The translations under genes were made by a program, and so were the position numbers. A stretch of 64,000 nt of DNA from a virus, in IMG/VR virus record IMGVR_UViG_3300037464_000007, positions 5,165 through 69,164 of that record, one strand, 5' to 3'. This document shows, one piece after another, positions 17,918 through 26,197 of the stretch. The stretch's first letter is position 1. Each line of letters begins with the position of its first letter. The notes beneath the pieces are model-generated. The model made no database searches. It was given only the letters and a program-made list of their open reading frames with translations, and was not told the DNA's origin.

Positions 17918-18079
17918 ACCGATAAAGGGAATTGCACCCTTAGTACCTTAGACTTAACCTTGAGACACTTCTAACGTTATCTCTATCTAACTAACACAAG
18001 CTGTCACTACCTGTACTAATTAGCGTCACTACCCTTTATAGATTGAGAGATGGCTTCTAATATCCTGACTATCATCGGT
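17918..18079 (-). ncRNA. tRNA-like element TLE9 with a long (about 130 nt) insert
   Basis: ACCGATG..(insert)..AAGGG-TGCAATT-CCCTT-TATCGGT; 7-bp acceptor-like stem with a G.U pair. Confidence 0.6.
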
Positions 18080-18499
18080 ATACTATTCATTTTTCAAGGT
18101 TCTGTTCGATTAATATCCCTTCATCTAGCAGATGTTGGAACATTAACTCTTAAGTAGTGTTAGTCAGAAACAAGTTAGGTTAGTTGTGCTGTTATCCCCA
18201 TTACTAAGGGATAAGTAGATAATAAGGTACTAATCTCAACCATTGTGCTAACTATCCAACAGACACTAGCAGTTTTAGTTAAGGTAGTTATCTCTTATTA
18301 GTAGAGATGAGCTAGTAAGTAACATAGGTTAGACCTGATATACTGTACTTGTGCTAACCTCTAGGTATAAGAGAGTGAGTCTCGGTACTAGCGGTAGAGC
18401 TTAGTACATACTCTGAATCTAATGCCCTCGATGGTGTGAGGATTACAGGAGATAGTAGATGAATAACGTGTGTCAGCTCGTTTCTTGCTCCATGTATCT

Positions 18500-18528
18500 A
18501 ATATAAGATGATATCTAGATAAGGTCAA
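18500..18528 (-). promoter_or_regulatory. sigma70-type early promoter
   Basis: TTGACC-17 bp-TATATT on the minus strand, pointing into the early operon. Confidence 0.7.
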
Positions 18529-18815
18529 GTAGTTAACGATTAGTCTTCCTGATGAGGGTACATCTAGATTAGTTATGTTACTTATGTATCGAGTAAGACA
18601 CTTCAGACACTATATAAGGATATGAGAGGAGGAGAGAGTTAGATGTCCTAACAAGAGAGATGATACAGGTATATGTGGTTTCTAAGTACCAGTGAAGCAA
18701 TGAATAAGCAGTAATAACGTCAAGTAGCTCATACGAGATTAGGAGATAGTAATGAGTACCTTAACTCAGAAATACTATATCAGTACATAGTTAAATAGTT
18801 ATGTAGAAAAGAAAC

Positions 18816-18844
18816 TAAATAACATAAATTAAGGTACAAGTCAA
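18816..18844 (-). promoter_or_regulatory. possible second sigma70-type promoter
   Basis: TTGACT-17 bp-TATTTA. Confidence 0.4.
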
Positions 18845-18909
18845 GAGAGTTAATTAAATGTGATATAAGTAAAAGAACTAATAACTTCTTGTTATGTAGG
18901 ATAAAATGG

Positions 18910-18936
18910 ATTATGCACAGCCGGGAGATTAGTCAA
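18910..18936 (-). promoter_or_regulatory. possible third sigma70-type promoter
   Basis: TTGACT-15 bp-CATAAT (short spacer). Confidence 0.3.
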
Positions 18937-19179
18937 TAGGGGATAGCGAGTAGTAATGGGTGAGAGGGGATTGATAAGGGTAGATTATGAGGGGAGCAGA
19001 TATTAGTAGGGCAAATAGGTGTAGATGAGAGGATAAGTTAAGCTGATAAATGTGAGTTATTTACTCCTCAAACACATAAAGACTAAAATCATCCAAAAAT
19101 CCACAAAACACAAAAGTTTTCATTTACTTAAAAAATCATTTAAACTTAAGAGAAAGAATACACATAAAAATACATAAAG

Positions 19180-19896
19180 ATGGCATATCAAAAAAAATGG
19201 GATTGGGAAGCTGTCCGACTAGAATACATAATCGGAGAGTTAGTAACTGATGAATATGGAAACGAAACTAGAAAACCTTACTCAACTAAACGATTAGCAG
19301 AGAAACACGGGATTCCTTTCAACACTCTTGCTGATAGATGTCACAAAGATAAATGGGTACAAGACAAAAACAGATTAGATATTGAACTCAAAAGAAGAGT
19401 TACAGAAGATAAAGTAACTCAGATATTTGGTGAATCAGTAATCTCATCTAGCTATACTTTGAAACAACTAGGAAAGATAAATCAAATTATTGACGCGTAT
19501 CTACAACCTTACTTGGATTTAGTAGAAGAAGACTCAAATAAAAATTTAAGTACACCAATCATTAGCGAATACGGTTATTCAGATACAGAAGTATTAAGAG
19601 ACGAATCGGAAAAGAAGATTAATCCTAGAGATATCAAAGATATAGTATCTATCATCAAAGAAGTTCATAACCTTAAAAAATCTATTTTAGGAGAAGAACA
19701 ATTACAAGTAGCAGTAGAAGATATCAAAATCAAAGACAAAGCTAAATCAATATCTAAATTAAAAGGAGGTAAGGAAATAGAAAGTCAACTAGATATGTTA
19801 CTCAAAGAAAAACAAAAGGTTCAGGCTAGGTTGAGTAGTAGTAATAATAATAGCGAGTCAAATAACCATCAAGAGTTAGACGAAGATGATGAGTAA
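19180..19896 (+). CDS. probable terminase small subunit (N-terminal HTH, helical body)
   Basis: WDWEAVRLEYI..STKRLAEKHGIPFNTLADRCHKDKW HTH followed by coiled-coil segments; typical TerS layout. Confidence 0.55.
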   Translation: MAYQKKWDWEAVRLEYIIGELVTDEYGNETRKPYSTKRLAEKHGIPFNTLADRCHKDKWVQDKNRLDIELKRRVTEDKVTQIFGESVISSSYTLKQLGKINQIIDAYLQPYLDLVEEDSNKNLSTPIISEYGYSDTEVLRDESEKKINPRDIKDIVSIIKEVHNLKKSILGEEQLQVAVEDIKIKDKAKSISKLKGGKEIESQLDMLLKEKQKVQARLSSSNNNSESNNHQELDEDDE

Positions 19897-19912
19897 CTAA
19901 ATAAACATAATA

Positions 19913-19950
19913 AAACTCCCCGAGTATCAACTTAGGGAGCTTCTTTTTTA
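19913..19950. terminator. bidirectional intrinsic terminator
   Basis: AAAA-CTCCC..GGGAG-CTTCTTTTTT between convergent genes. Confidence 0.65.
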
Positions 19951-19995
19951 TATTGCCACTTTATTTCCTAGCGTCAATTCTAGGGCTTTAACTAC

Positions 19996-20640
19996 TTACC
20001 AATCTACTACAACTGAATCTCTATTGACACAAGTAATACTACCATCTTCTTTGATTTGACATTCAAAGTTAATCACGTTTCCTTTATCATCTAGCAATCT
20101 AATAGTAGGTTTTTCTACCTTTAGAGAATTCCAATTTATTTTATTAGCTTTTGCAGTAAATTTTTCATAAGTTACTACTTTAGGTAACAAATTGCTTTTT
20201 ACTTGCTGTGCTAAACTATTATCTGGAAGTTTTTCTACACCAAAAGAATTTACTAACTTATCCCAATCTATTTCATTCAATCTCTTAATAAACTCTTCTT
20301 GACCTACCCCAACTGATTTCTGTCTTTTCTCTACCTTATTAACTAACTCATATAAAGACTTGTTAATATCAATACCAACATTGTTATCGTCTTCACTCTT
20401 AACAGTTATTGGAGTATTAAGAACTACTGGTTGAGGTACTAACTTCTCTAACAGCTCAATTATTCTATCTAGTTTTTTTTCAACACTAAAATTAACACTT
20501 ACCATATTAGTTAGCTCCTTTAAAGTTTTATCATCTAACCTTAAGATATTTTGTTGATTTAAATTAGTTGGTAAAGGTTGTTCTCTCAACACTTCTAATA
20601 GTAGTTCAAGTTCTTCATCAGAATTCATGTTATTTATCAC
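19996..20640 (-). CDS. hypothetical protein
   Basis: 214 aa ORF. Confidence 0.7.
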   Translation of the reverse strand: MINNMNSDEELELLLEVLREQPLPTNLNQQNILRLDDKTLKELTNMVSVNFSVEKKLDRIIELLEKLVPQPVVLNTPITVKSEDDNNVGIDINKSLYELVNKVEKRQKSVGVGQEEFIKRLNEIDWDKLVNSFGVEKLPDNSLAQQVKSNLLPKVVTYEKFTAKANKINWNSLKVEKPTIRLLDDKGNVINFECQIKEDGSITCVNRDSVVVDW

Positions 20641-21010
20641 TCCTTAACTTACTAAGAACATCTACCATTGACTGAAGATAAGAACCATCATCTTGACTAC
20701 TTCTGATTACTTGACGAGTAAGAGTAATAGGGTTTCCACTACCTTGAATTACGACATTAAATGTATCATGTACTTCTCCTAACTCTCTTGGATAGCAGTA
20801 ATTATCTTCTGTTCCAAGGTCATCGCTAAATGGAGTAGTAACCTCAAAACTCCTTTCATCAATATCTCTATCTAAGCTTCCATTAGTACAAGAATAGCTA
20901 TAGCCCTCAACAGATAAACCTTCATCTAATCTTCTCCTCAAGAATCTAGCAAATGCTTCAGGAGACATTATCGTATCATCGTAGCTCTTACCATTCCATT
21001 GTTCTTTCAT
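20630..21010 (-). CDS. hypothetical protein (N-terminus shared with 24290..24511)
   Basis: MSPEAFARFLRRRLDEGLSVEGYSYSCTNG vs MTSEEFCNLLKDRLERGESIDGYSYSSSNG. Confidence 0.7.
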   Translation of the reverse strand: MKEQWNGKSYDDTIMSPEAFARFLRRRLDEGLSVEGYSYSCTNGSLDRDIDERSFEVTTPFSDDLGTEDNYCYPRELGEVHDTFNVVIQGSGNPITLTRQVIRSSQDDGSYLQSMVDVLSKLRSDK

Positions 21011-21011
21011 A

Positions 21012-21803
21012 TTACTTATTCTCCTCTACCAACCAATTGCTCAAATCTGTAATATCCAACTCTCTTTCCTCAAACCACTGATAAGCTGAATCAATAGCTA
21101 ATTGTCTATCTGTACTAATAGCAGTCTTTAAATTAATCACTTCATTAGTCTTCTTATTAGTAAGAACTAAATAATGAGAAGTTTTAGTATAAGTTAAACG
21201 TCCTTCATAATCTTCAGAATCAAACTGAACAGGAACAGATGTCCAACAATTACTTAAATTCTTTACTCTAATAGCAGAGATATATTTTTTATCTTCATGT
21301 CTTCTTACTAACTCAGAATAATGAGCTTCATAAAAACTCAATACGTCTACTGTTACCCACCAATCGTGATAATACTCTTCATCATCAAATAGAGTTGAAT
21401 GTAAAGCATAAACTCTATCTCTACTATCAATCATTACTAACGCATACTCACCTCTTTCAAATATCTCTCTTCCGTTAACAATGAAAGGTCTTAGTTTATC
21501 TTTAAACTCATCTGGAGTTAATTTCTGTAAAAAAGAATATTCGTTATCTTTCATATCAATACCCATTAGTTTCAGAATATAACTTACCCATTCTTTCAAG
21601 TTACTGTATTGGTCTACTAATACATATTTAGGTTTAGGATACTTAGACTTCCTAACATAATACTTAGAAGGTAGATTATAAGTAACCGGACTTAGTAGTA
21701 TCTGTCCTCTACCTATCTTAATTGTAGGAATCATCTTAGTAGAAGTCTTTTGATATAATTCAGTTACCTTCTTATCTTTTATTAAGTTTATAAGGTTTGT
21801 CAT
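21012..21803 (-). CDS. hypothetical protein
   Basis: 263 aa ORF with AGGAG RBS. Confidence 0.75.
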   Translation of the reverse strand: MTNLINLIKDKKVTELYQKTSTKMIPTIKIGRGQILLSPVTYNLPSKYYVRKSKYPKPKYVLVDQYSNLKEWVSYILKLMGIDMKDNEYSFLQKLTPDEFKDKLRPFIVNGREIFERGEYALVMIDSRDRVYALHSTLFDDEEYYHDWWVTVDVLSFYEAHYSELVRRHEDKKYISAIRVKNLSNCWTSVPVQFDSEDYEGRLTYTKTSHYLVLTNKKTNEVINLKTAISTDRQLAIDSAYQWFEERELDITDLSNWLVEENK

Positions 21804-21812
21804 CTTATTCTC

Positions 21813-22226
21813 CTATAAATATTGGTCGTAATAAATCGTTTTGCCTTCATCATTTATATATCCTAATACTCTTTCGGTTCCAAACTCCTTAACTACTATC
21901 TCTTCAATATGATTACTAGGTTCAATAATTGTATAATAAGGAGCTACTTCTTGCTCTGTTCCAACAATAAAGAAATTATAGTAGAGGTTTGTTAATTTAC
22001 TGTTTTTATTTAGAGTATTTCTTGGAGGATATAACTCAATCACATTATCTTTAAGGTCTACTACTCCCACTTTCACTTTCACTTCTGAATTAGCTTTTTG
22101 TTTATAAACCCATCGGGTAGTATTTAACTTTCTTACTTTATTTGGTAGTTCTAAAGAGTTAGCTTCTAAGTTACTTACTCTTTTATTTAAAATGTCTAAT
22201 TGCTCTTGTATCCACTTTTCATTCAT
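21813..22226 (-). CDS. paralog family A (GYI..YDQYL)
   Basis: C-terminus VLGYINDEGKTIYYDQYL. Confidence 0.75.
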   Translation of the reverse strand: MNEKWIQEQLDILNKRVSNLEANSLELPNKVRKLNTTRWVYKQKANSEVKVKVGVVDLKDNVIELYPPRNTLNKNSKLTNLYYNFFIVGTEQEVAPYYTIIEPSNHIEEIVVKEFGTERVLGYINDEGKTIYYDQYL

Positions 22227-22244
22227 ATCTATTTCTCCAACTTG

Positions 22245-22433
22245 TTAATTAATAACTCTGCATATTGCTCTCAGCAAAGCTTCGATCTAACCAACAGCTA
22301 TATCTACTAACTCTTCTCTACTAAAATGACCATTAACTTCTCTCTCAACTACTAAATTAGATAACACTTGAGTAGATACATATAACTTCTTATCTTCTCT
22401 TTTAAGATTGATGTAATTAGGTATATAGCTCAT
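22245..22433 (-). pseudogene. small gene with in-frame TAG (22287-22289)
   Basis: MSYIPNYINLK..DIAVG*IEALLRAICRVIN. Confidence 0.5.
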
Positions 22434-22730
22434 TTACTTAATCTCCTTATCTTTCAAACTATTAACTAGCTCTCTATTAACTTCAGTGAATTCTCTCAAC
22501 ATGATAGATATTCTTTGCTCAAAACTATTTAACATCCTACTAATATTCTGTTTCTTCTAAAGTCATGTGTCTAACATTTTGTTGATGTTCTTTTTCTTCA
22601 TAGATATTTTGAAGATTACTAATTTGTAAAGACAACATCCCAGAGAGCTTTTGAATATTCTCAGTTATTACTCATATCTATCTTCCCAACAGTTAAGAGA
22701 TTTGATATAGTCTTCATCTTGTGGATTCAT
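22434..22730 (-). pseudogene. doubly frameshifted coiled-coil gene remnant
   Basis: Three consecutive coding-like segments in different frames (MNPQDEDY.., ENIQKLSGML.., QNISRMLNSFEQ..). Confidence 0.45.
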
Positions 22731-22740
22731 CTAACTTTTC

Positions 22741-23178
22741 CTATAAGTATTGGTCGTAATAAATAGCTCGACCTTTATCATCAATGTAACCAGTAACATA
22801 ATAATTATCATCCTCAATACTACTCTCAACATAAATCTGATTAACATTAACCATATCAAAAGTAGAATACCTAAGTTCTCCTACCTCATTTAAGTAGTAC
22901 CAAAGAGATTCATAATAACTAGGAGTATTTATTACATCTTCATTTCTAGCTAGAAACGTTACTCTACCATCTCCAGTTATAAACGCTACTTTGATGTATT
23001 TACCAGTATCTACACTTCTCTTATATAATCCCTTAGAGACTTCAAAACAGATAATATCTTCACGTCTAAGTCTTTTTCTAGAGGTAGAAGTATTAATAAG
23101 TATTTGATTATTTTGATCAGTAACTAACTCTAATAAATCCATAACCCGATTTAACTTCTCAATTACTAGCTTAGTCAT
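22741..23178 (-). CDS. paralog family A
   Basis: C-terminus YVTGYIDDKGRAIYYDQYL. Confidence 0.75.
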   Translation of the reverse strand: MTKLVIEKLNRVMDLLELVTDQNNQILINTSTSRKRLRREDIICFEVSKGLYKRSVDTGKYIKVAFITGDGRVTFLARNEDVINTPSYYESLWYYLNEVGELRYSTFDMVNVNQIYVESSIEDDNYYVTGYIDDKGRAIYYDQYL

Positions 23179-23273
23179 TTTAGGTTCCTCTTAAAGTCTT
23201 CTGTACTAATTATCTTCATTTTTAACAAACAAAACTAAGAGGAAGCAGTTAACCTCCTCTCATCTACTAACTA

Positions 23274-23897
23274 CTAATAAGCTTGATAGAACTCAAAAGG
23301 TTCAATCTCACCTACTCTATAAGGATAGTAACCAATAACTTTCTTCTCATTATGTGGACTACTTTCAATCTCAATTTCTTTTAACTGACCAGAATTACTA
23401 GGAGCTACTTTCTCATAAGTAAATGCAGAATCTTCTTTATATAAATTCCATACATGACCGTTCATGCCTAAATTAATATCAAACTGAGGATAAGTATTTT
23501 CTTTCTCATTCTTGTAAATATAAAAACCAGAAAAGAAAGGAACAACTCTAGTAATATCTTCACTGTCTTTATGTTTGTTGTCACCTAGATTAAATAAAAC
23601 TACTGCTTTAGTTTCTAAATTTATTAATCCAACAGGAATCATTAGAATCATATATCTATCAGGTGACTCACTAGGTCTTTTAAATATCCACCTACAATCA
23701 TCAGTAGTAACCCAATCCTTTGTCTTATTATCTCTAATAGCTATAAAAGGATTTTTCTGAGTTGGAATTGAATATACAACTTTATCAAAATACACATCTT
23801 CTGATTTATTTACTAAGTTATAAATTTCAGAACCTATAACTGATTGTTCTTGCATTAAATTAGCAATCTTAGTCAACTGAGCATTTATATCGTTCAT
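23274..23897 (-). CDS. paralog family A (divergent)
   Basis: PVGLINL..KVIGYYPY..FYQAY. Confidence 0.7.
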   Translation of the reverse strand: MNDINAQLTKIANLMQEQSVIGSEIYNLVNKSEDVYFDKVVYSIPTQKNPFIAIRDNKTKDWVTTDDCRWIFKRPSESPDRYMILMIPVGLINLETKAVVLFNLGDNKHKDSEDITRVVPFFSGFYIYKNEKENTYPQFDINLGMNGHVWNLYKEDSAFTYEKVAPSNSGQLKEIEIESSPHNEKKVIGYYPYRVGEIEPFEFYQAY

Positions 23898-24293
23898 TTA
23901 TTTAACTCCTAGTGATTTGATAATACTAAAATTAGTCTTTGTAACTTTCTTCTTAACTACTTCACCAGTAGAAGACTTAAACGTAACCGGAACCCATAAC
24001 TTTAAATGAGTAGTACCATCTTCATCTTTCCCAAACTCACTTTTAGCATCTTTATAATGAACAACATAACTAAAAGAGTTCTCTACCATATCCTTTAAGA
24101 TATTATCAGTAACCTCTTTCTTATATTTTTCTGAATAGTTATCATCATCAGGAGGAGTTACACCCATCTGTTTATACATAATTGCTCTATTACCGTATTT
24201 AGCTGATGGAGGATACAGTATAGTTCTCTCTTTACATGAGGCATCAAAATTATCAATTTCTACAGATAGTTTTTTCTTATCTTCGTCATTCAT
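23898..24293 (-). CDS. hypothetical protein
   Basis: 131 aa coupled ORF. Confidence 0.65.
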   Translation of the reverse strand: MNDEDKKKLSVEIDNFDASCKERTILYPPSAKYGNRAIMYKQMGVTPPDDDNYSEKYKKEVTDNILKDMVENSFSYVVHYKDAKSEFGKDEDGTTHLKLWVPVTFKSSTGEVVKKKVTKTNFSIIKSLGVK

Positions 24294-24511
24294 AAGAAAC
24301 TCAACATTAAAATACCAATAATCATCAATACAATCCCAATCCAGATATCAGAGTCTTTACTAAAAGTATTTCTACTATTCTGTATCATTACTTTAGCTCC
24401 GTTAGAAGAACTATAAGAATAACCATCAATAGATTCTCCTCTTTCTAACCTATCTTTCAACAAGTTACAGAATTCTTCAGATGTCATGTCTTTATCAGTA
24501 TAGTGATTCAT
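24290..24511 (-). CDS. small membrane protein
   Basis: C-terminal TM IWIGIVLMIIGILMLSFL. Confidence 0.7.
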   Translation of the reverse strand: MNHYTDKDMTSEEFCNLLKDRLERGESIDGYSYSSSNGAKVMIQNSRNTFSKDSDIWIGIVLMIIGILMLSFL

Positions 24512-24715
24512 TTATTTATCTTCCTCTACTACTATTCCTGCACTAATGTTTCTATGTTTATCTTGAGTTAGAGCTTTAAATATCTCTACTTTATCAGGAC
24601 TAATCTCTATATTTGCATAAACTCTTTCTTTATCATCAGGAGGTAAGATTATCGCTTTACCTAATACCTCTCCAGTAGATTGATTGATAAACGGAACTTC
24701 TTTTTTCTCAGACAT
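24512..24715 (-). CDS. hypothetical protein
   Basis: 67 aa coupled ORF. Confidence 0.6.
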   Translation of the reverse strand: MSEKKEVPFINQSTGEVLGKAIILPPDDKERVYANIEISPDKVEIFKALTQDKHRNISAGIVVEEDK

Positions 24716-24718
24716 AAC

Positions 24719-25189
24719 TTAACTCTCCTTATATAATTTCTCAAATTTATTAGCATAAACAGTTTTAACAGATGCAGCATTCTTAGCTTCTTGACTTTGC
24801 TTATCAAACATCTCTTTATCTAAGAATTGGTCATAAAGCCAAATCATAGCGTTATAAGGATTAATACCTGTTCCTAAAATATAACCAATAACATATTTAT
24901 CAAATTCTATCTGACTAATCCATCCATCTAAATATTTAATAAGAGTTAACTCTTTGTAATCTTCATCAAAGTAGTAATACTCAGAATAGTTAATTACATC
25001 TCTATCTCCTTCATATTTATAAAACTCTGGAGTATATAGATTGAGAAAACTACAGCTATTAAAACTCTTATTCTGAGGATAGAAGATACTTATTTCAGTA
25101 ATACCATCTAACTCTTTACCTTTTCCAACTGGAACCATTTGATTAGTAAAAGCATTTCTCTTATATATAAAGAAACTTCTATCCAACAT
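24719..25189 (-). CDS. paralog family A (divergent)
   Basis: YKRNAF..PVGK..YVIGYIL..LYDQFL. Confidence 0.7.
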   Translation of the reverse strand: MLDRSFFIYKRNAFTNQMVPVGKGKELDGITEISIFYPQNKSFNSCSFLNLYTPEFYKYEGDRDVINYSEYYYFDEDYKELTLIKYLDGWISQIEFDKYVIGYILGTGINPYNAMIWLYDQFLDKEMFDKQSQEAKNAASVKTVYANKFEKLYKES

Positions 25190-25344
25190 AATCTATTCCC
25201 TCTTAACTAATTAACTCAATAATAACACAACAGGATAAGGACTAGCAATTAAATATTCTAAAGTTTTTCTGCAACAAAACTGGACACTTTTAAATTAAGA
25301 AAGCTCCCGGTTAAGAGAGCTATTACAACTTATCTATCTACTAA

Positions 25345-25983
25345 TTACTCAAGAACTTTAGTCTTATAGAGATACACTTTATCTTCATCATCAGAAGTAG
25401 GAGCAGTAAAACCGATTACATATTCATTCTTTCCTTCTCCATTAACTACAATCTCTTTTAAGAACTCAATTGATTTGGCTTCTACTTGATAATAATTAGG
25501 TGGATAAAACCAGTTGTAAGTAGAATAGTTAATACTCTTCCTTTCTTTCTCTCCTACATAAATATAGAACTCTGGATAAAATAGACCTGGTTGATAATTA
25601 CCTTCAGTCTTCTTATCAAAGTCCATATACATTAGAACTACTGTACCTATATTTTTATCTCTAACTCCAACAGGTAACATTCTACCTTCAACACTTCTCT
25701 TATAAACAAACTCACAATCTAAAGAACAATAGTAATCTCCACTATTATCATTCTTAACTACTGTATAAGTAACATCTTCACAATTTATCTTCAACGTGTA
25801 TTTGTCTACACTACAAGTAATATCTGATTCTTCTAATATATTCTTAGCTAGATAGATTTTGCTTACCACTGCTACATTTTCAGGACGATTAGTAGCAATA
25901 ACGATTAACGCATCTTCAACTGTCATATTATTCACTGATTTTTCCTCTTTGATAATTCCGTAATTATTTTCTATATTATTCAT
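25345..25983 (-). CDS. paralog family A (divergent)
   Basis: YKRSVEGRMLPVGV..FYPEFY..YVIGFT..YLY. Confidence 0.7.
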   Translation of the reverse strand: MNNIENNYGIIKEEKSVNNMTVEDALIVIATNRPENVAVVSKIYLAKNILEESDITCSVDKYTLKINCEDVTYTVVKNDNSGDYYCSLDCEFVYKRSVEGRMLPVGVRDKNIGTVVLMYMDFDKKTEGNYQPGLFYPEFYIYVGEKERKSINYSTYNWFYPPNYYQVEAKSIEFLKEIVVNGEGKNEYVIGFTAPTSDDEDKVYLYKTKVLE

Positions 25984-26067
25984 TGATTAAGTTCTCCTTC
26001 TTAGTTAACAATTCACTCAACTCATTAACTTTACTATAACACAATAACATAAAGAGTAGTAGACATT

Positions 26068-26148
26068 TGTAGTTTATTTTCTTACACAATTCCTTAAGAA
26101 AACATTAAGATATTCATTTTTACATACAATGTAGGTTTTTTTCTTACA
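26068..26148 (+). repeat. two copies of the 19-bp motif TGTAG-N4-TTTTCTTACA
   Basis: tgtagtttattttcttaca (26068-26086) and tgtaggtttttttcttaca (26130-26148). Confidence 0.75.
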
Positions 26149-26197
26149 TAAACTGCTATAATTACATTAGTGATAAAAACAACCGAGAAAAAACTAC

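Noticed and set aside
13001-18079. Canonical tRNA genes or tmRNA
   Set aside because: T-arms and acceptor stems are present, but no copy has a 5-bp/7-nt anticodon arm or CCA, and there are no tmRNA identity elements; reported as tRNA-like elements instead.
13001-18079. CRISPR array or mini-array
   Set aside because: The repeats are conserved in structure rather than sequence, and are separated by whole genes, not 30-40 nt spacers.
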